This document shows, in pieces, positions 9,103 to 19,465 of a DNA stretch of 64,000 nucleotides. The DNA lies in assembly GCA_965223545.1 (NCBI GenBank), contig OZ245006.1, positions 1,632,001 through 1,696,000 of the forward strand. Direction: 5' to 3'. A model generated the notes under the pieces. It did not search any database. It saw nothing but the letters and a program-made list of their open reading frames with translations, and was not told where the DNA came from. The number at the start of each line of letters is the position of its first letter. The first letter of the stretch is position 1. A program made the translations under genes and the position numbers. Source of the DNA: Planctomycetota bacterium (GTDB taxonomy: Bacteria > Planctomycetota > UBA1135 > UBA2386).

Positions 9103-10097
9103 TTGCCGCTCTCTGCCAGCGCCTTGAAGTAGCGCGCCACGAACGGCCGCTCGACTTCCGGCACATGGCGGGCGCGCAGCGCGCGCTCGCGCGCGGCCTC
9201 GTAGTCCGGTGGCTCGACTGCCTCGGGCGGCGGGACCGCGCCCGCCGCCGGCGGCGGCGTCGTGCCCCCCCCGGTCTCCTCGAGCACCGCGCGGTGCGCC
9301 ACGTCGCGCCGCAACGGACCGTCGCCGATGAACTGCGGCACGACGAAGACGTCCTGCGGCGGACGGTCGAGGTGCGCCCCCGGTAGCGCCGGGGGCTCGG
9401 GAGGCGGCGCCCCCTGCGGCTCGCTCTCCTCGGGCCGAGGCGGTGGCTCGGGAGTCGACTCCGGCTCGGGCTCGGGCTCGGGCGCGTCCGGCCGCTGCTC
9501 GCCCTCGCCATCGCCGCCCTCATCCTCGGTGCCATCACCGTCTTCGGTGCCGGCATCTCCACCGCCCGAGTTGGAGGCCAAATCGGGCCCGATCGGCGCG
9601 GGGTGGCTCGGCGGGATCGGCGCCAACCAGCGCAGCAGAAGCAACAGCACCAGCACCGGCAGCAGGTAGCGCAAGGGACCGAGCCGGCGGCGGCAGAAGC
9701 GCGTGGTCTCCTGCGGCGGGACGCCGTCGAGATCGCGCTCCAGCTGCGCGCGCAACCAACCGCCGAAGGCACTGCCCCGGGCCGCGGCCGGCAGATTGGC
9801 CCAGGTCAGGAGCCGTTCGCCCAAACCCAGCGCACGGTCGGCGGCGGCGATCGACATCGAGGTCCGGCGCCAGGTCCACCACGCGGCGCACGCGATCGAG
9901 GCCACGCCCACGGCCAGTGCCCACCACCACCAGCGCGGCAGGGCGAGCTCGACGATGCACACCAGAACACCGGCGACCAAGCCCTGCGCCGCAACCACAC
10001 GGGCCACCGCCCAGGCGCGGTGCTTGCCGCCCAGCCGCGCCAGAAAGCGTGGGATCGCGCTGCCGCTCGAGGCAGCGGATGCGGAGCGCCCGCTCAT
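9099..10097 (-). CDS. Hypothetical membrane protein with acidic/Pro-rich C-terminal region
   Basis: TM segments, ADRALGLGERL, C-terminal VARYF; coupled to DUF58 gene. Confidence 0.65.
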   Translation of the reverse strand: MSGRSASAASSGSAIPRFLARLGGKHRAWAVARVVAAQGLVAGVLVCIVELALPRWWWWALAVGVASIACAAWWTWRRTSMSIAAADRALGLGERLLTWANLPAAARGSAFGGWLRAQLERDLDGVPPQETTRFCRRRLGPLRYLLPVLVLLLLLRWLAPIPPSHPAPIGPDLASNSGGGDAGTEDGDGTEDEGGDGEGEQRPDAPEPEPEPESTPEPPPRPEESEPQGAPPPEPPALPGAHLDRPPQDVFVVPQFIGDGPLRRDVAHRAVLEETGGGTTPPPAAGAVPPPEAVEPPDYEAARERALRARHVPEVERPFVARYFKALAESGK

Positions 10098-10293
10098 CGG
10101 AAAAAAGGCCGGGAGACCGCGGAGAACCCGCGACCCCCGGCCCACTCAGAAGGAGGAGATTGACGAGTTTCTCGACACGCGGCGCGGCCGGCTTGAGGCG
10201 AAACCCAACAGCCGCACGGCCCTCGGGCGCGGAACTCGCCACCGCGCCGGGCGGCCGGAGGGATCCGAAATCGGGGCGCGCGGCCGCCGGCGC

Positions 10294-11625
10294 TCACGCG
10301 CCGCCGCCACCCGTGGGCGCGCCGCCGGTGTTTTCCGGCTGGGGTTCGCCACCGCCGGTGGCCGGCGCGCCGCTGCCGGTCTCGCCCGCGGGCGCCGCGC
10401 CCTCGGCGCCGCCGGTCTCGTCGGCTTGGCCGGTGCCGCCGCCCTCGCCGTTGCCGTCACCCGCGCCCTCCTCGTCGCCGCTGCCCTCGGCCGGCATCAG
10501 CGGGTCGAACAGATCGGTGGGCTCCTTCTCGTAGCCGGTCACGACCCAATCGCCGACCGCCACCAAGAACTCCTTGGTCTCGGTCTTGGGGCCGTCGAAG
10601 CGCGCGTAGTGCTCGTTCTTGTCGGGGATCTTGTCGCCGATCCACATCGTGTAGTTGGTGCCATCGGCCAACGTCGCCTGCACGCGGAACCGCGATGAGC
10701 TCTCGTCGCCCGGGACGGCCCCCTGCAGCGCCGGATCGCGCAGCCGGCCGATGTGGCTGATGTAGCGCTGCACGTTGACGTAGCCGAAGCGCGAGACGAG
10801 GCCGTTGACCTCGTCCTGCCGCACCGCGCCGTAGCCATCCGGCGTGGTCTCCGCGACCCAGTCGCGCGCCACGTTGTCGGCCTCGCCCTCGGCCTGCGCG
10901 GGCCGCGTGAACGACACCTCGCCCTTGGGGTTCGTCATCGAGAACTTGGTGACCTGATCGGTCTGGAACTGCTGGATCTTGGTCTCGATCCAGTCCTCCG
11001 GCTTGAGCGTCAGGTTCCAGTAGCTGGCCGCGGGCTCGTACAGCACCACGTCCTTGCGGTCCTCCTTGCGGACGAAGAAGCCCTTGACGACGTCCTGGGT
11101 GTACTTGCCACCGCTGGCGTCGTTGCCCAGGTAGAGCTCGGCGACGTTCACCCGGTCGGCGTTCTGACACAGGATCCGGATACCGGTCTCGCTGGTGAGT
11201 CCGCGCCGAGCCAGCATTTCGTCGTCGGCGTCGGTAGCGACCAGCACGCGCTCGTCGCGGCGCATCGCCTCGATGTGCTCGAGGATGTCGTCGGCGACCT
11301 TGTTCTCGCGCACCGGCACGCCGAGGAAGTCGGTCAGCATCTCGGCCTGGCCGATCACCCACCCCTCTTTCGAGCGCATCAGGGTCAGCTCTTGCCGGCC
11401 CGCGGCGTCTTCCGGGGCGGCACCCGGCACGGTGGGAGCCGCGCCGTCCTCGGAGTCGGCGGCCTTCTGCAACACGACCGCGTGCACCGTGTCCGGCCGG
11501 AAGCCGGGGAACAGACGCGGGGTCTTGTCGAACTCGGTGAAGTCGCCGCCTTCGTTAGCCAGCGTCAACACCGTGGGAACGGCCAGCCCTGCGGCCAGCA
11601 CGGCGAGAATGGCGTTGGTCTGCAT
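10294..11625 (-). CDS. DUF4340-like protein
   Basis: N-terminal TM, position after GldG-like gene, strong codon bias. Confidence 0.65.
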   Translation of the reverse strand: MQTNAILAVLAAGLAVPTVLTLANEGGDFTEFDKTPRLFPGFRPDTVHAVVLQKAADSEDGAAPTVPGAAPEDAAGRQELTLMRSKEGWVIGQAEMLTDFLGVPVRENKVADDILEHIEAMRRDERVLVATDADDEMLARRGLTSETGIRILCQNADRVNVAELYLGNDASGGKYTQDVVKGFFVRKEDRKDVVLYEPAASYWNLTLKPEDWIETKIQQFQTDQVTKFSMTNPKGEVSFTRPAQAEGEADNVARDWVAETTPDGYGAVRQDEVNGLVSRFGYVNVQRYISHIGRLRDPALQGAVPGDESSSRFRVQATLADGTNYTMWIGDKIPDKNEHYARFDGPKTETKEFLVAVGDWVVTGYEKEPTDLFDPLMPAEGSGDEEGAGDGNGEGGGTGQADETGGAEGAAPAGETGSGAPATGGGEPQPENTGGAPTGGGGA

Positions 11626-11633
11626 CGTTTGAC

Positions 11634-13949
11634 TCAGCTCTGCACGGAGGCCAGGAAGGACTGCTTGGCCGCGCGGCGGCGCACCGCCATCAGCGCCCAC
11701 AGCGCCATGATCGCGAGGAACGGGCCGACCACGTTGAGCCACTTCCAACGCTCGGCGGTGGCCTCTGCTTCTTCACGCACCTGGAACGCGTCGCCGTCGA
11801 TCGAAGCCTCGGCGAAGCGCAGGGTGCGGTCGGCGCCCTTCTTGTTGCGCAGCGCGAGCAGGTCCTTGTCCTCGGCCAAGTTGTCGATCAAGTTGCCGAC
11901 GAAGGCCGCGCCGTAGAGGCTGACGGGACCGCCCTGCTGGCTGTACTCACCGCCCAAGAAGTCGTCGCGGACGAAATCCGAGTCGCCGATGACGACGATC
12001 CGCCCGGGCTGCGTCGAGGCGAGGACCGGATCGGGATCGGCCTCTTCCTCGGCCTCGGCCGGCGCCGGCGGTGCCGGCGGACCGACGACTTCGGCGCCTT
12101 CCTCGGTCTCCGGGTCTTGGGCCTCGCCCTCCGCGGGCTCGGGATCCTGGGCCCCTTCCTCGGTGGCCTGCTCGCCCGCGCCCTCCTCGGAAGCAGCCGG
12201 CTCCTGGCTGGTCGGCTCCGGGTTCTGCGCACCGGTGCCCGGCGACTGCGGGGTCACCGGGTCCTGCGCCGCACCGCCATCGCCGCCGTTGCCCCCGGGC
12301 AAGCCACCCGGCAAGCCCTGGATCGGCGAGTTCAGCGGGTTGGGCAGACCGGGCGGCGCGGGCGTCGCGGCCTGATCCTCGGTCCGCCGCGGCGGGATGT
12401 CCTTGCCGTCGAAGAACGACGTGAAGTTGCCGGCCACCTCGACCATCAGACCGAACTGCTGGCGCGGCTCGCTGAGCACCTTCTGGTTGATCTTCTGCGC
12501 GAAAGTGGTTGCCGCGTCCATCTGGTCGCGCACGTTGCCCATCGAGTAGCCGAACGGATTGAGGTCCATGGGCGGATCCTCGATGAACGACACCGGCGAG
12601 CTGCGCAGCAACACGGTGCCCTCGACCCCGTCGGGCAGCGGGTCGACCAAGTCGACCGGGCAGGGCCAGAACATGCCGGGACCGCGCCCCATGGCGTTGG
12701 AGATCTCGTCCTCGGCGGCGATGCCGGGCTGGAACTCGGTGCGGAACCGTTCGACCAGGTCGCGCACGTCACCGTCGCTACCCGGGTTGAGCACGAACTC
12801 CTCGGCGCGCGCGGCGTAGTCGAGCTGCTTGGGGTGGACCGCGTGGAACCAATAGGGGTACGGGATCGGCCGCGGCACCCTCTGCTGGAAGATGCTCTGC
12901 ACCATGATCGACATCTGCTCATAACCACCCTGCGATTGCTGGGCGGGGAGCAGCGCGTCGCCGACGACCTTGTCCTGCACGCGGACGCCGTAGTGCGCGA
13001 GCTGGTCGAGGAACTGCAGCTCGGAGCCGGTGGCGTCGTAGTTGATCTTGCGGCCGCGCATCATGCGCATCTGGCCGATCTCGTACTCGTTGGTGTCGGC
13101 GAACACGACCAGCGTGCCGCCGCGCATCACGAACTGATCGATGGCGTACTTCTGCCGGTCGGTGAGGTTCTTGGGCCGCACCAACAGCAGCGTGGTCACG
13201 TTGTCCTCGATCAGCTGGCCCTGGCTGAGGTCGACGTTCTGCACCTCGTAGCGGCCCTTGATGCCCTCGATCTCGCGCAGCTGGTTGAAGCCCTTGGGCT
13301 GGCTCGCGCCGCCCATCGGCCCGCCGCCACCGGCCTCGGTGGCGAACGCCAAGAGGCCGATCACCGGCTTGTCGAGCACCGTGATCGACTTGATCTTCGG
13401 CGTCAGCTCCGCCTCGTACTGCGCGGTCGCGAGCTTGAAGTCGAAGAACGGGATGACCTCTTGCTTGTCGGCACCGTACATCAGGCGCAGACCCTGCCAG
13501 ATCTCCTTGACCGAGAACGCCGAGTCGCCGGCGTCGGTGACCTGCGCCCGCTGCATGCCCAGCCGCTCGGCCTTCTCGCGGATCGCCGTGTCGTCCTGCG
13601 GGTCGAGCCGCTGGATCACGACCTTGCCATCGCTCAGCTGCACGTACTCGTCGAGGAAGTTCTCCAGCTGGCGGCGGGCTTCGCGGTAGATCGTCGGCAG
13701 CCGCGACTCCTTGCTGAAGTAGGCCTCGATCAAGAGCCGGTCTTCGAGCCCGTCGAGGACCCGGCGGGTCGAATCGGTCAGGGTGTAGAGCCGGTCGCTG
13801 GTCATGTCGACGCGCGTGCGATAACGGCTCGCCAAGAAGACGACCTGGCCGACGACCAACAGCAACAGGATGACGCGCAGGGTCACGTCGCCGACGAAGC
13901 CGGCCTGCGCTGCCGCGCGCTCCGTCCGATGCATCGAGAGTCGGTTCAT
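11634..13949 (-). CDS. GldG-family ABC transporter auxiliary component
   Basis: RVDMTSDRLYTLTDST, YAIDQFVMRGG, VVIGDSDF, C-terminal TM. Confidence 0.85.
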   Translation of the reverse strand: MNRLSMHRTERAAAQAGFVGDVTLRVILLLLVVGQVVFLASRYRTRVDMTSDRLYTLTDSTRRVLDGLEDRLLIEAYFSKESRLPTIYREARRQLENFLDEYVQLSDGKVVIQRLDPQDDTAIREKAERLGMQRAQVTDAGDSAFSVKEIWQGLRLMYGADKQEVIPFFDFKLATAQYEAELTPKIKSITVLDKPVIGLLAFATEAGGGGPMGGASQPKGFNQLREIEGIKGRYEVQNVDLSQGQLIEDNVTTLLLVRPKNLTDRQKYAIDQFVMRGGTLVVFADTNEYEIGQMRMMRGRKINYDATGSELQFLDQLAHYGVRVQDKVVGDALLPAQQSQGGYEQMSIMVQSIFQQRVPRPIPYPYWFHAVHPKQLDYAARAEEFVLNPGSDGDVRDLVERFRTEFQPGIAAEDEISNAMGRGPGMFWPCPVDLVDPLPDGVEGTVLLRSSPVSFIEDPPMDLNPFGYSMGNVRDQMDAATTFAQKINQKVLSEPRQQFGLMVEVAGNFTSFFDGKDIPPRRTEDQAATPAPPGLPNPLNSPIQGLPGGLPGGNGGDGGAAQDPVTPQSPGTGAQNPEPTSQEPAASEEGAGEQATEEGAQDPEPAEGEAQDPETEEGAEVVGPPAPPAPAEAEEEADPDPVLASTQPGRIVVIGDSDFVRDDFLGGEYSQQGGPVSLYGAAFVGNLIDNLAEDKDLLALRNKKGADRTLRFAEASIDGDAFQVREEAEATAERWKWLNVVGPFLAIMALWALMAVRRRAAKQSFLASVQS

Positions 13950-13954
13950 GGCGA

Positions 13955-14689
13955 TCACCCCTTCATCCGGCGGCCCTGCAGGACCAGCGCATTGAGGTAG
14001 AGGAAGAACCCGCAGAAGCACAGGTAGAACACGAAGTCGCGGGTGTCGAGCACGCCGCGGGCGATGCTCTGGAAGTACTGGTAGGGCGAGATCGCGGCGA
14101 GGATCTGCACCACGAACTCGGGCAGCACGCCGACGAGACCGGCCTGCACGAACGGCGAGCCCAACAGGAACAGCGCCAGCAGCGACACCAGCGCCAGCAG
14201 CAGCGCGATGATCTGGTCGCGGGTGATCGCCGAGCAGAACATGCCGACCGCGATGTAGGCGCCGGCCATCAGGAAGCTGGCGAGGTAGGCGCAGATCACC
14301 GGGCCCCAGTCGAGGTCACCGAACATCGACAGCGTCAGCGGCACCCCGAGCGTGAGCAGCATGACCAGGCCGAGGTAGACCAGCGAGGCGAAGAACTTGC
14401 CCAGGATCAGCTGCGGCACGGTGACCGGGAAGGTCATCAGCAGCTCCAGCGTGCCGAGCTTGCGCTCCTCGGCCCACAGCCGCATGGTCAGCGCCGGCAG
14501 GAAGAACAAGAAGACGATCGGCAGCAGGCCGAAGAAGGCCTGCATGTTGGCCTGCTGATCGGGCTGCAGCATCTGGTCCATGCTCAGGTAGCACAGCACC
14601 AGCAAGAACAGGCCGCCGAACACGTAGGCGATCGGCGACACGAAGTAGCTGCGCAGCTCGCGGCGCGCGACGATGGCGATCTCACGCAT
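13955..14689 (-). CDS. ABC-2 type permease (GldF-like)
   Basis: ELRSYFVSPIAY, TMRLWAEERKLGTLELL. Confidence 0.9.
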   Translation of the reverse strand: MREIAIVARRELRSYFVSPIAYVFGGLFLLVLCYLSMDQMLQPDQQANMQAFFGLLPIVFLFFLPALTMRLWAEERKLGTLELLMTFPVTVPQLILGKFFASLVYLGLVMLLTLGVPLTLSMFGDLDWGPVICAYLASFLMAGAYIAVGMFCSAITRDQIIALLLALVSLLALFLLGSPFVQAGLVGVLPEFVVQILAAISPYQYFQSIARGVLDTRDFVFYLCFCGFFLYLNALVLQGRRMKG

Positions 14690-15635
14690 GGCCGGCCTCC
14701 GCGGGCTTCTGGGTCAGATCGCGGAACACGTCCTCCAAGGTCGCGGTGTCCCGCGCCAGATGAGTCAGGCCCCAGCCGTTCTTCGCGACCAGCTCGGCGA
14801 GTGCCTCCTCGGCCGCGTTGCCCGCCGCCGCTCCGCAGTCGATGCGGAACAGGCCGTAGTCGCCCTCGCGGGACACCTCGGCGATCGCCTTGCCCGGAAA
14901 CAGCTCGCTCAGCTGGCTCTTGACGTTGTCGGCCGGTCCCTTGATCCGTGCCCGCAGCACGCCGGAAGGCATGCGCGACACCAGGCTGTCGTGGGTGTCG
15001 TCGGCGACGATCTCGCCCTGCGCGACGATGATGATGCGCGAGCACGACGCCTCGACCTCTTGCAGATAGTGCGTGGAGAGGATGACGGTGTGCTCCTCGC
15101 CCAGGCGGGTGATCAAGCTGCGCACCTCGACGATCTGGTTGGGGTCGAGACCCGAGGTCGGCTCGTCCAGCACCAAGACGTCGGGGTTGTGCACCATGGC
15201 CTGCGCCAGGCCGACGCGCTGCTTGTAGCCCTTGGACAGCTCCAGAATGCTCTTGCCGGTGACCCCGGTGAGGCCGCAGGTGTGCACGACCCGCTCGACC
15301 GCGCTGCCGAGCTCGCGCCCGGGCACGCCGCGGATCTCCGCCGCGAACCGCAGGTACTCCTCGACCAGCATCTCGGTGTAGAGCGGCGTCGACTCGGGCA
15401 GGTAGCCCAGGCGCCGCCGCACCTCGAGAGAGCTCTCCACGACGTCCAACCCATCGACCGTCGCCCTGCCGCCGGAAGGCAGCAGGTAGCCGGTCAGGAT
15501 CTTCATCGTGGTCGATTTGCCGGCCCCGTTGGGACCGAGAAAGCCGATCACTTCACCGCGCTTGACCTCGAAGGAGACGCCCTTCAAAGCCCGGGTGAGA
15601 CCGTAGTTCTTGGCGAGTTCCTCAACGACGATCAT
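14682..15635 (-). CDS. ABC transporter ATP-binding protein (GldA-like)
   Basis: GPNGAGKS, LSKGYKQR, LVLDEPTSGLDP. Confidence 0.92.
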   Translation of the reverse strand: MIVVEELAKNYGLTRALKGVSFEVKRGEVIGFLGPNGAGKSTTMKILTGYLLPSGGRATVDGLDVVESSLEVRRRLGYLPESTPLYTEMLVEEYLRFAAEIRGVPGRELGSAVERVVHTCGLTGVTGKSILELSKGYKQRVGLAQAMVHNPDVLVLDEPTSGLDPNQIVEVRSLITRLGEEHTVILSTHYLQEVEASCSRIIIVAQGEIVADDTHDSLVSRMPSGVLRARIKGPADNVKSQLSELFPGKAIAEVSREGDYGLFRIDCGAAAGNAAEEALAELVAKNGWGLTHLARDTATLEDVFRDLTQKPAEAGHA

Positions 15636-16128
15636 GGGTCGAGTCGGAGATTGAGTCAGGTCGGAGATTAGGGGGGAAAGTGGGGCGTGCCGCGTGGCCC
15701 GATTCGCCTCACTTGCGAGAGGACCGTCGCGAACGCGCGGCGAGCGAGAAAACTCCCGGGGTCCGCGGACCTCCGGCGGCCTTCGCGCATCGGTGTCGAC
15801 GAAGAACCTGCCTCGGGCCTGGACAGCGACCGCCGCCTCCAGCGCTGCCCGCCGCGGGGCGCGGGACGGTATTCGAGGCCCAGGGCCCTGACAACTGTCG
15901 CGCTCGGAAAAACCAGCAACGCCGCGTGGCGCCGCCGGCATGGGGCGGTGCGGCGCGAAGCCGGCCCGCCACCCGGCCCGCGCCGTGGTCGGCGGCCGCG
16001 CTTGTTTCCGCCCAACGCATGGGCTATCCCCTGGCCGCGCCGCGACGGCGGGCGGGCCTCAATGTCGACGCCCCCCCGACCCGAAGACCAAAGGGAGCCA
16101 ACGACCCGGCTCTGTCCCACAAAACACC

Positions 16129-16767
16129 ATGAACAGCCCGAACGACCGGCACGAAGACCCCCGCACCGCGCGCCTCGACGACGACGAGGAGAATGGCGGC
16201 GAAGACACGCCCCGGCAGGAGAACGCGCTCGACACCCAGCTGCTCGAGGCCCGCACGCTGCTGATCAGCGGCCCGGTGTCGGACAAGATGGCGGCGCACT
16301 GCGCCACGCGGCTGATGATCATGGAGAAGAAGGACCCCGAGCAGCCGGTGACCGTCCTGATCAACTCGCCCGGGGGCAGCGCCGACTCCGGCTTTGCGAT
16401 CTACGACCTGCTGCGCTTCGTGCGACCGCCGGTGATCACCGTGGTCAACGGCCTGTGCGCCTCGGCGGCGATCCTGATCCAGCTCGCGGCCGAGAAGGGC
16501 AACCGGTTCAGCACGCCGCAGAGCCGGTTCTTGATCCACCAGCCGTCGACGGCCGGGTTCGGCACGGCTTCGGACCTGGACATCACCGCGCGCGAGGTGA
16601 TCAAGCTGCGCCACCGCTACAACGACATCATCAGCGCGCAGACCGGCCAGGACCCCGAGCGCGTGCTCGAGGACGCCAAGCGGGACTTCTGGCTGAACGC
16701 CGAAGAAGCGCTGGAGTACGGCCTCATCGAGCGCGTCGTGGTCCACCACCACGAGCTGGATTCTTAG
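16129..16767 (+). CDS. clpP: ATP-dependent Clp protease proteolytic subunit
   Basis: INSPGG, CASAA (Ser), IHQP (His), RDFWL (Asp). Confidence 0.92.
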   Translation: MNSPNDRHEDPRTARLDDDEENGGEDTPRQENALDTQLLEARTLLISGPVSDKMAAHCATRLMIMEKKDPEQPVTVLINSPGGSADSGFAIYDLLRFVRPPVITVVNGLCASAAILIQLAAEKGNRFSTPQSRFLIHQPSTAGFGTASDLDITAREVIKLRHRYNDIISAQTGQDPERVLEDAKRDFWLNAEEALEYGLIERVVVHHHELDS

Positions 16768-16820
16768 AGCCGGCGGGCTGCGGGAAGCGGTGGCCAAGAC
16801 CGCGCGAACCAGCGGCCGAA

Positions 16821-18452
16821 ATGCGCGTTGATCGCTGCGTGCCCCCACTTGGCCCGCGCCCCCTCGACCGCCGCACCGGCGCGGTGCGCAGCGCACTGCT
16901 GACGCTGGCGACCGCCGCGGCCCTGCCCGCCCAGCCTCTCATCGGCGGTCTGGTGGTCGGCACCGACGGCCAGCCAATCGCCAACGCCCGCGCCACGCTG
17001 TGGCCACTGCACGCCGACGATCCACTGGCACCGCCGCAGCGGGGTGCCAACCGCCCCACCGCGGCCGGCACCACGACGGCGCGCGGCGATCTGCGCCTGG
17101 CGGCGGATCAGCCGGGGGCGCTGCTCGTGATCGACGCCGCGGGCGGCCGCGGGGCACTGGTGCTCGCGGCGCCGGGCGCGCCGCTGCGCATCGAAGCCGG
17201 TGCGCTGGCGACCGTCGAGACCGGCGCGGACACGGCAGTGATCGGGCAATTGGGTCCCGGACCCGGTCAGCGCGTCTGGCTCGGCCACCACCCGACACCG
17301 CTGCGGTTGCCACCGGGACGCTATCAGCTCGCAGTGGAGAGCGGGGACTCGCTACAGCTGGCCCACGTGCGGCTGGAGGCCGGCGCGCGCGCGACCGTCC
17401 CGGCGCACTCGATCTCGCACCTGCTGCGACTGCCCGCCGGCTTCGACGGTGAGGCGACGGCACCCGCCTGGCCGGGGCTGGTGCTGCCGGTCCACGACGA
17501 CGCCGTCCGCCTCGCCGCGGAGGGCCCGTTGCGCGTCCGGTGCCGTTGGCCGAACAGTGGCTGGGAGCTGTGGACCGACCACTGGCTCGAGCCCGGCGCG
17601 CACCTGCGCGCAGCACCGCCGGCCGACCTCCAGTGGCGGCCGGTCGCGATCCGCGATCCTGCAGGCCCGGTGCCCGGCGCGAGCCTGACTTCGCTCAGGC
17701 TCGGCGGCGACGGCACGCGCCTAATCGCCCGCAGTCGCACTGGCGCCGACGGATTCGCGCGCGGCGCTACCGACGCCGACCTCTGGGTGGCGCGGGCGGC
17801 GGGATCGGGCCGGCGCGGGCTGCTGGTGGCGGATGCCGGCGGCCTCGACCGGGGACCACCGGTGCTGGAGTTGGGCCCCGGCCATGGGGTGACCGTCCGC
17901 GTGCGCGACCCCGCCGGGCACCCGGTGGCGGGCGCCCCGGTGAGTCTCGTGCACAAGAGCCTGCCCGAGCTGCCGTGGCGCGGCAGCAGCGACGCGCGCG
18001 GGATCGTGCGCTTCGACGAAGTGCCAGCCGGCAGCGGAACGCTGCTTCTCCGCAGCGCCGACCACGTGCCCGCGGAGCGGGCGATCGCGATCGAACCCCG
18101 CGCTGCCGGCCACCGCTGGACCCTCACGGCGGATCCCGGCGCCGTGCTGCGCGGCGTCGTGGTGCGCGAGGGCGCGCCCGCGGGCGGCGTCACCGTGACT
18201 CTGCGCGAAGCGAGCGGCGCGCTACGACAAAGTCCGCGGGCCATGGAGAGCGACGCGAGCGGCCGGTTCGCATTCTCGGGGCTCCTGCTCGACGAGGTCT
18301 ACACGGTGTCGGCAAGCTGGCAGCGCGGCGCGCGCACCTGGTCGGCCCAGCTGCGTGGCGTGCAGCCAGGCGATGGCGAGTGGACCCTGGAGCTGATCGA
18401 CGAGGACCCGGTGCCACCACAACGCCGCGGCGGACGCGCCCCTGGTCAGTAG
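16821..18452 (+). CDS. Secreted protein with carboxypeptidase-regulatory-like beta-sandwich repeats (start uncertain, alt GTG 16884)
   Basis: Signal-like ALLTLATAAALPAQ; repeats of VRDPAGxPVxGA and SDxxGxF. Confidence 0.65.
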   Translation: MRVDRCVPPLGPRPLDRRTGAVRSALLTLATAAALPAQPLIGGLVVGTDGQPIANARATLWPLHADDPLAPPQRGANRPTAAGTTTARGDLRLAADQPGALLVIDAAGGRGALVLAAPGAPLRIEAGALATVETGADTAVIGQLGPGPGQRVWLGHHPTPLRLPPGRYQLAVESGDSLQLAHVRLEAGARATVPAHSISHLLRLPAGFDGEATAPAWPGLVLPVHDDAVRLAAEGPLRVRCRWPNSGWELWTDHWLEPGAHLRAAPPADLQWRPVAIRDPAGPVPGASLTSLRLGGDGTRLIARSRTGADGFARGATDADLWVARAAGSGRRGLLVADAGGLDRGPPVLELGPGHGVTVRVRDPAGHPVAGAPVSLVHKSLPELPWRGSSDARGIVRFDEVPAGSGTLLLRSADHVPAERAIAIEPRAAGHRWTLTADPGAVLRGVVVREGAPAGGVTVTLREASGALRQSPRAMESDASGRFAFSGLLLDEVYTVSASWQRGARTWSAQLRGVQPGDGEWTLELIDEDPVPPQRRGGRAPGQ

Positions 18453-19216
18453 AGCAGTGTGGCGGCGCGGCGGCGCAGGGACGAGACCACGTCCGCTTCC
18501 TCGCCGAGCAGTGAGAAGCACAGCAACATCGCGCGCCGCGCCAGTCCCTGGCCGAAGTCGCGGTCGGCCTCGATCGATTCCAACAGGTGCTCGGCGGCGG
18601 GCTCCAGGGCCCCGGCGCGCACCGCTTCGCGCGCTTGCAGCAGAGCGGCGGCGGCGGGCCCCGTGGCCGGCTCGATCTGCGCGTCGAACAGCGCCATGCC
18701 GTCGACCAGCCGGTCGCGCTCGGCGGCCAACTCGGACTCTTCGTCGATCGCCGACAGCAGCGTGCGGGCGCCGGCGAGATCACCGCGCAGAATCGAGAGC
18801 TTCGCCTGCTGCAGCTGCGCCGCCTCGCCCGCCGCCTCGGTTGCCTCCTCGGCCGCCGCCTCGGCGGACACCACACCGTGCCGCTCGAGGAACGCGCGCA
18901 CCTCGTTCTCGGGCAACGCGCCGGCAAAGCCGTCGACCGGCTGCCCGCCGACGAACAGCACGACGAACGGAATGCTGCGCACCTGGAACGCCGCCGCCAA
19001 GTCGGGGTAGCGCTCGGTGTCGACCTTGCCCAGCTCGAAGCCGCCGCCGAACTCGGCGGCCAGCCGCTCGAGCACCGGTGTCAGGGTCTTGCACGGACCG
19101 CACCATTCCGCCCAGAAGTCCAGCAACACGGGGACTTCGACCGAGCGCTGCACGACCGCGGTCGGAAAGCTGTCGGTGCTGACCTCGAACACGAAGCTGG
19201 AGCTCATGCCGCTCAC
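18446..19216 (-). CDS. Thioredoxin + TPR protein (YbbN/CnoX-like)
   Basis: DFWAEWCGPCK, C-terminal TPR ending RRAATLLY. Confidence 0.88.
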   Translation of the reverse strand: MSGMSSSFVFEVSTDSFPTAVVQRSVEVPVLLDFWAEWCGPCKTLTPVLERLAAEFGGGFELGKVDTERYPDLAAAFQVRSIPFVVLFVGGQPVDGFAGALPENEVRAFLERHGVVSAEAAAEEATEAAGEAAQLQQAKLSILRGDLAGARTLLSAIDEESELAAERDRLVDGMALFDAQIEPATGPAAAALLQAREAVRAGALEPAAEHLLESIEADRDFGQGLARRAMLLCFSLLGEEADVVSSLRRRAATLLY

Positions 19217-19465
19217 TGAAGCGCGGCGGTGCGGCGGGTCAAGGGCGGGTCCGCGCGGACCCTGCCGTTACGCGCGCGCTACACAACCGCCGCCACAGGC
19301 GACCGGCCACCTTCCCGAAGGCGCGGTACGCCAGTTGAGATCAAGACGGCCGGCCGGGCCCACGTGCTGTGTTTCCAGGGACGGAAAACGCGCGAGAGCG
19401 GCGACCGGACATCTCCCGGGCCCGGCCACCCTTTCTTCCGGTGTTCCGCCTTCTGCGGGTCGGCG

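Noticed and set aside
6882..14000. Long antisense ORFs (e.g. 6882-8855, 12117-14000)
   Set aside because: Shadow ORFs expected at high GC opposite well-supported genes.
15687..16820. 921-aa ORF N-terminal extension
   Set aside because: Overlaps clpP in another frame; real gene starts near 16821-16884.
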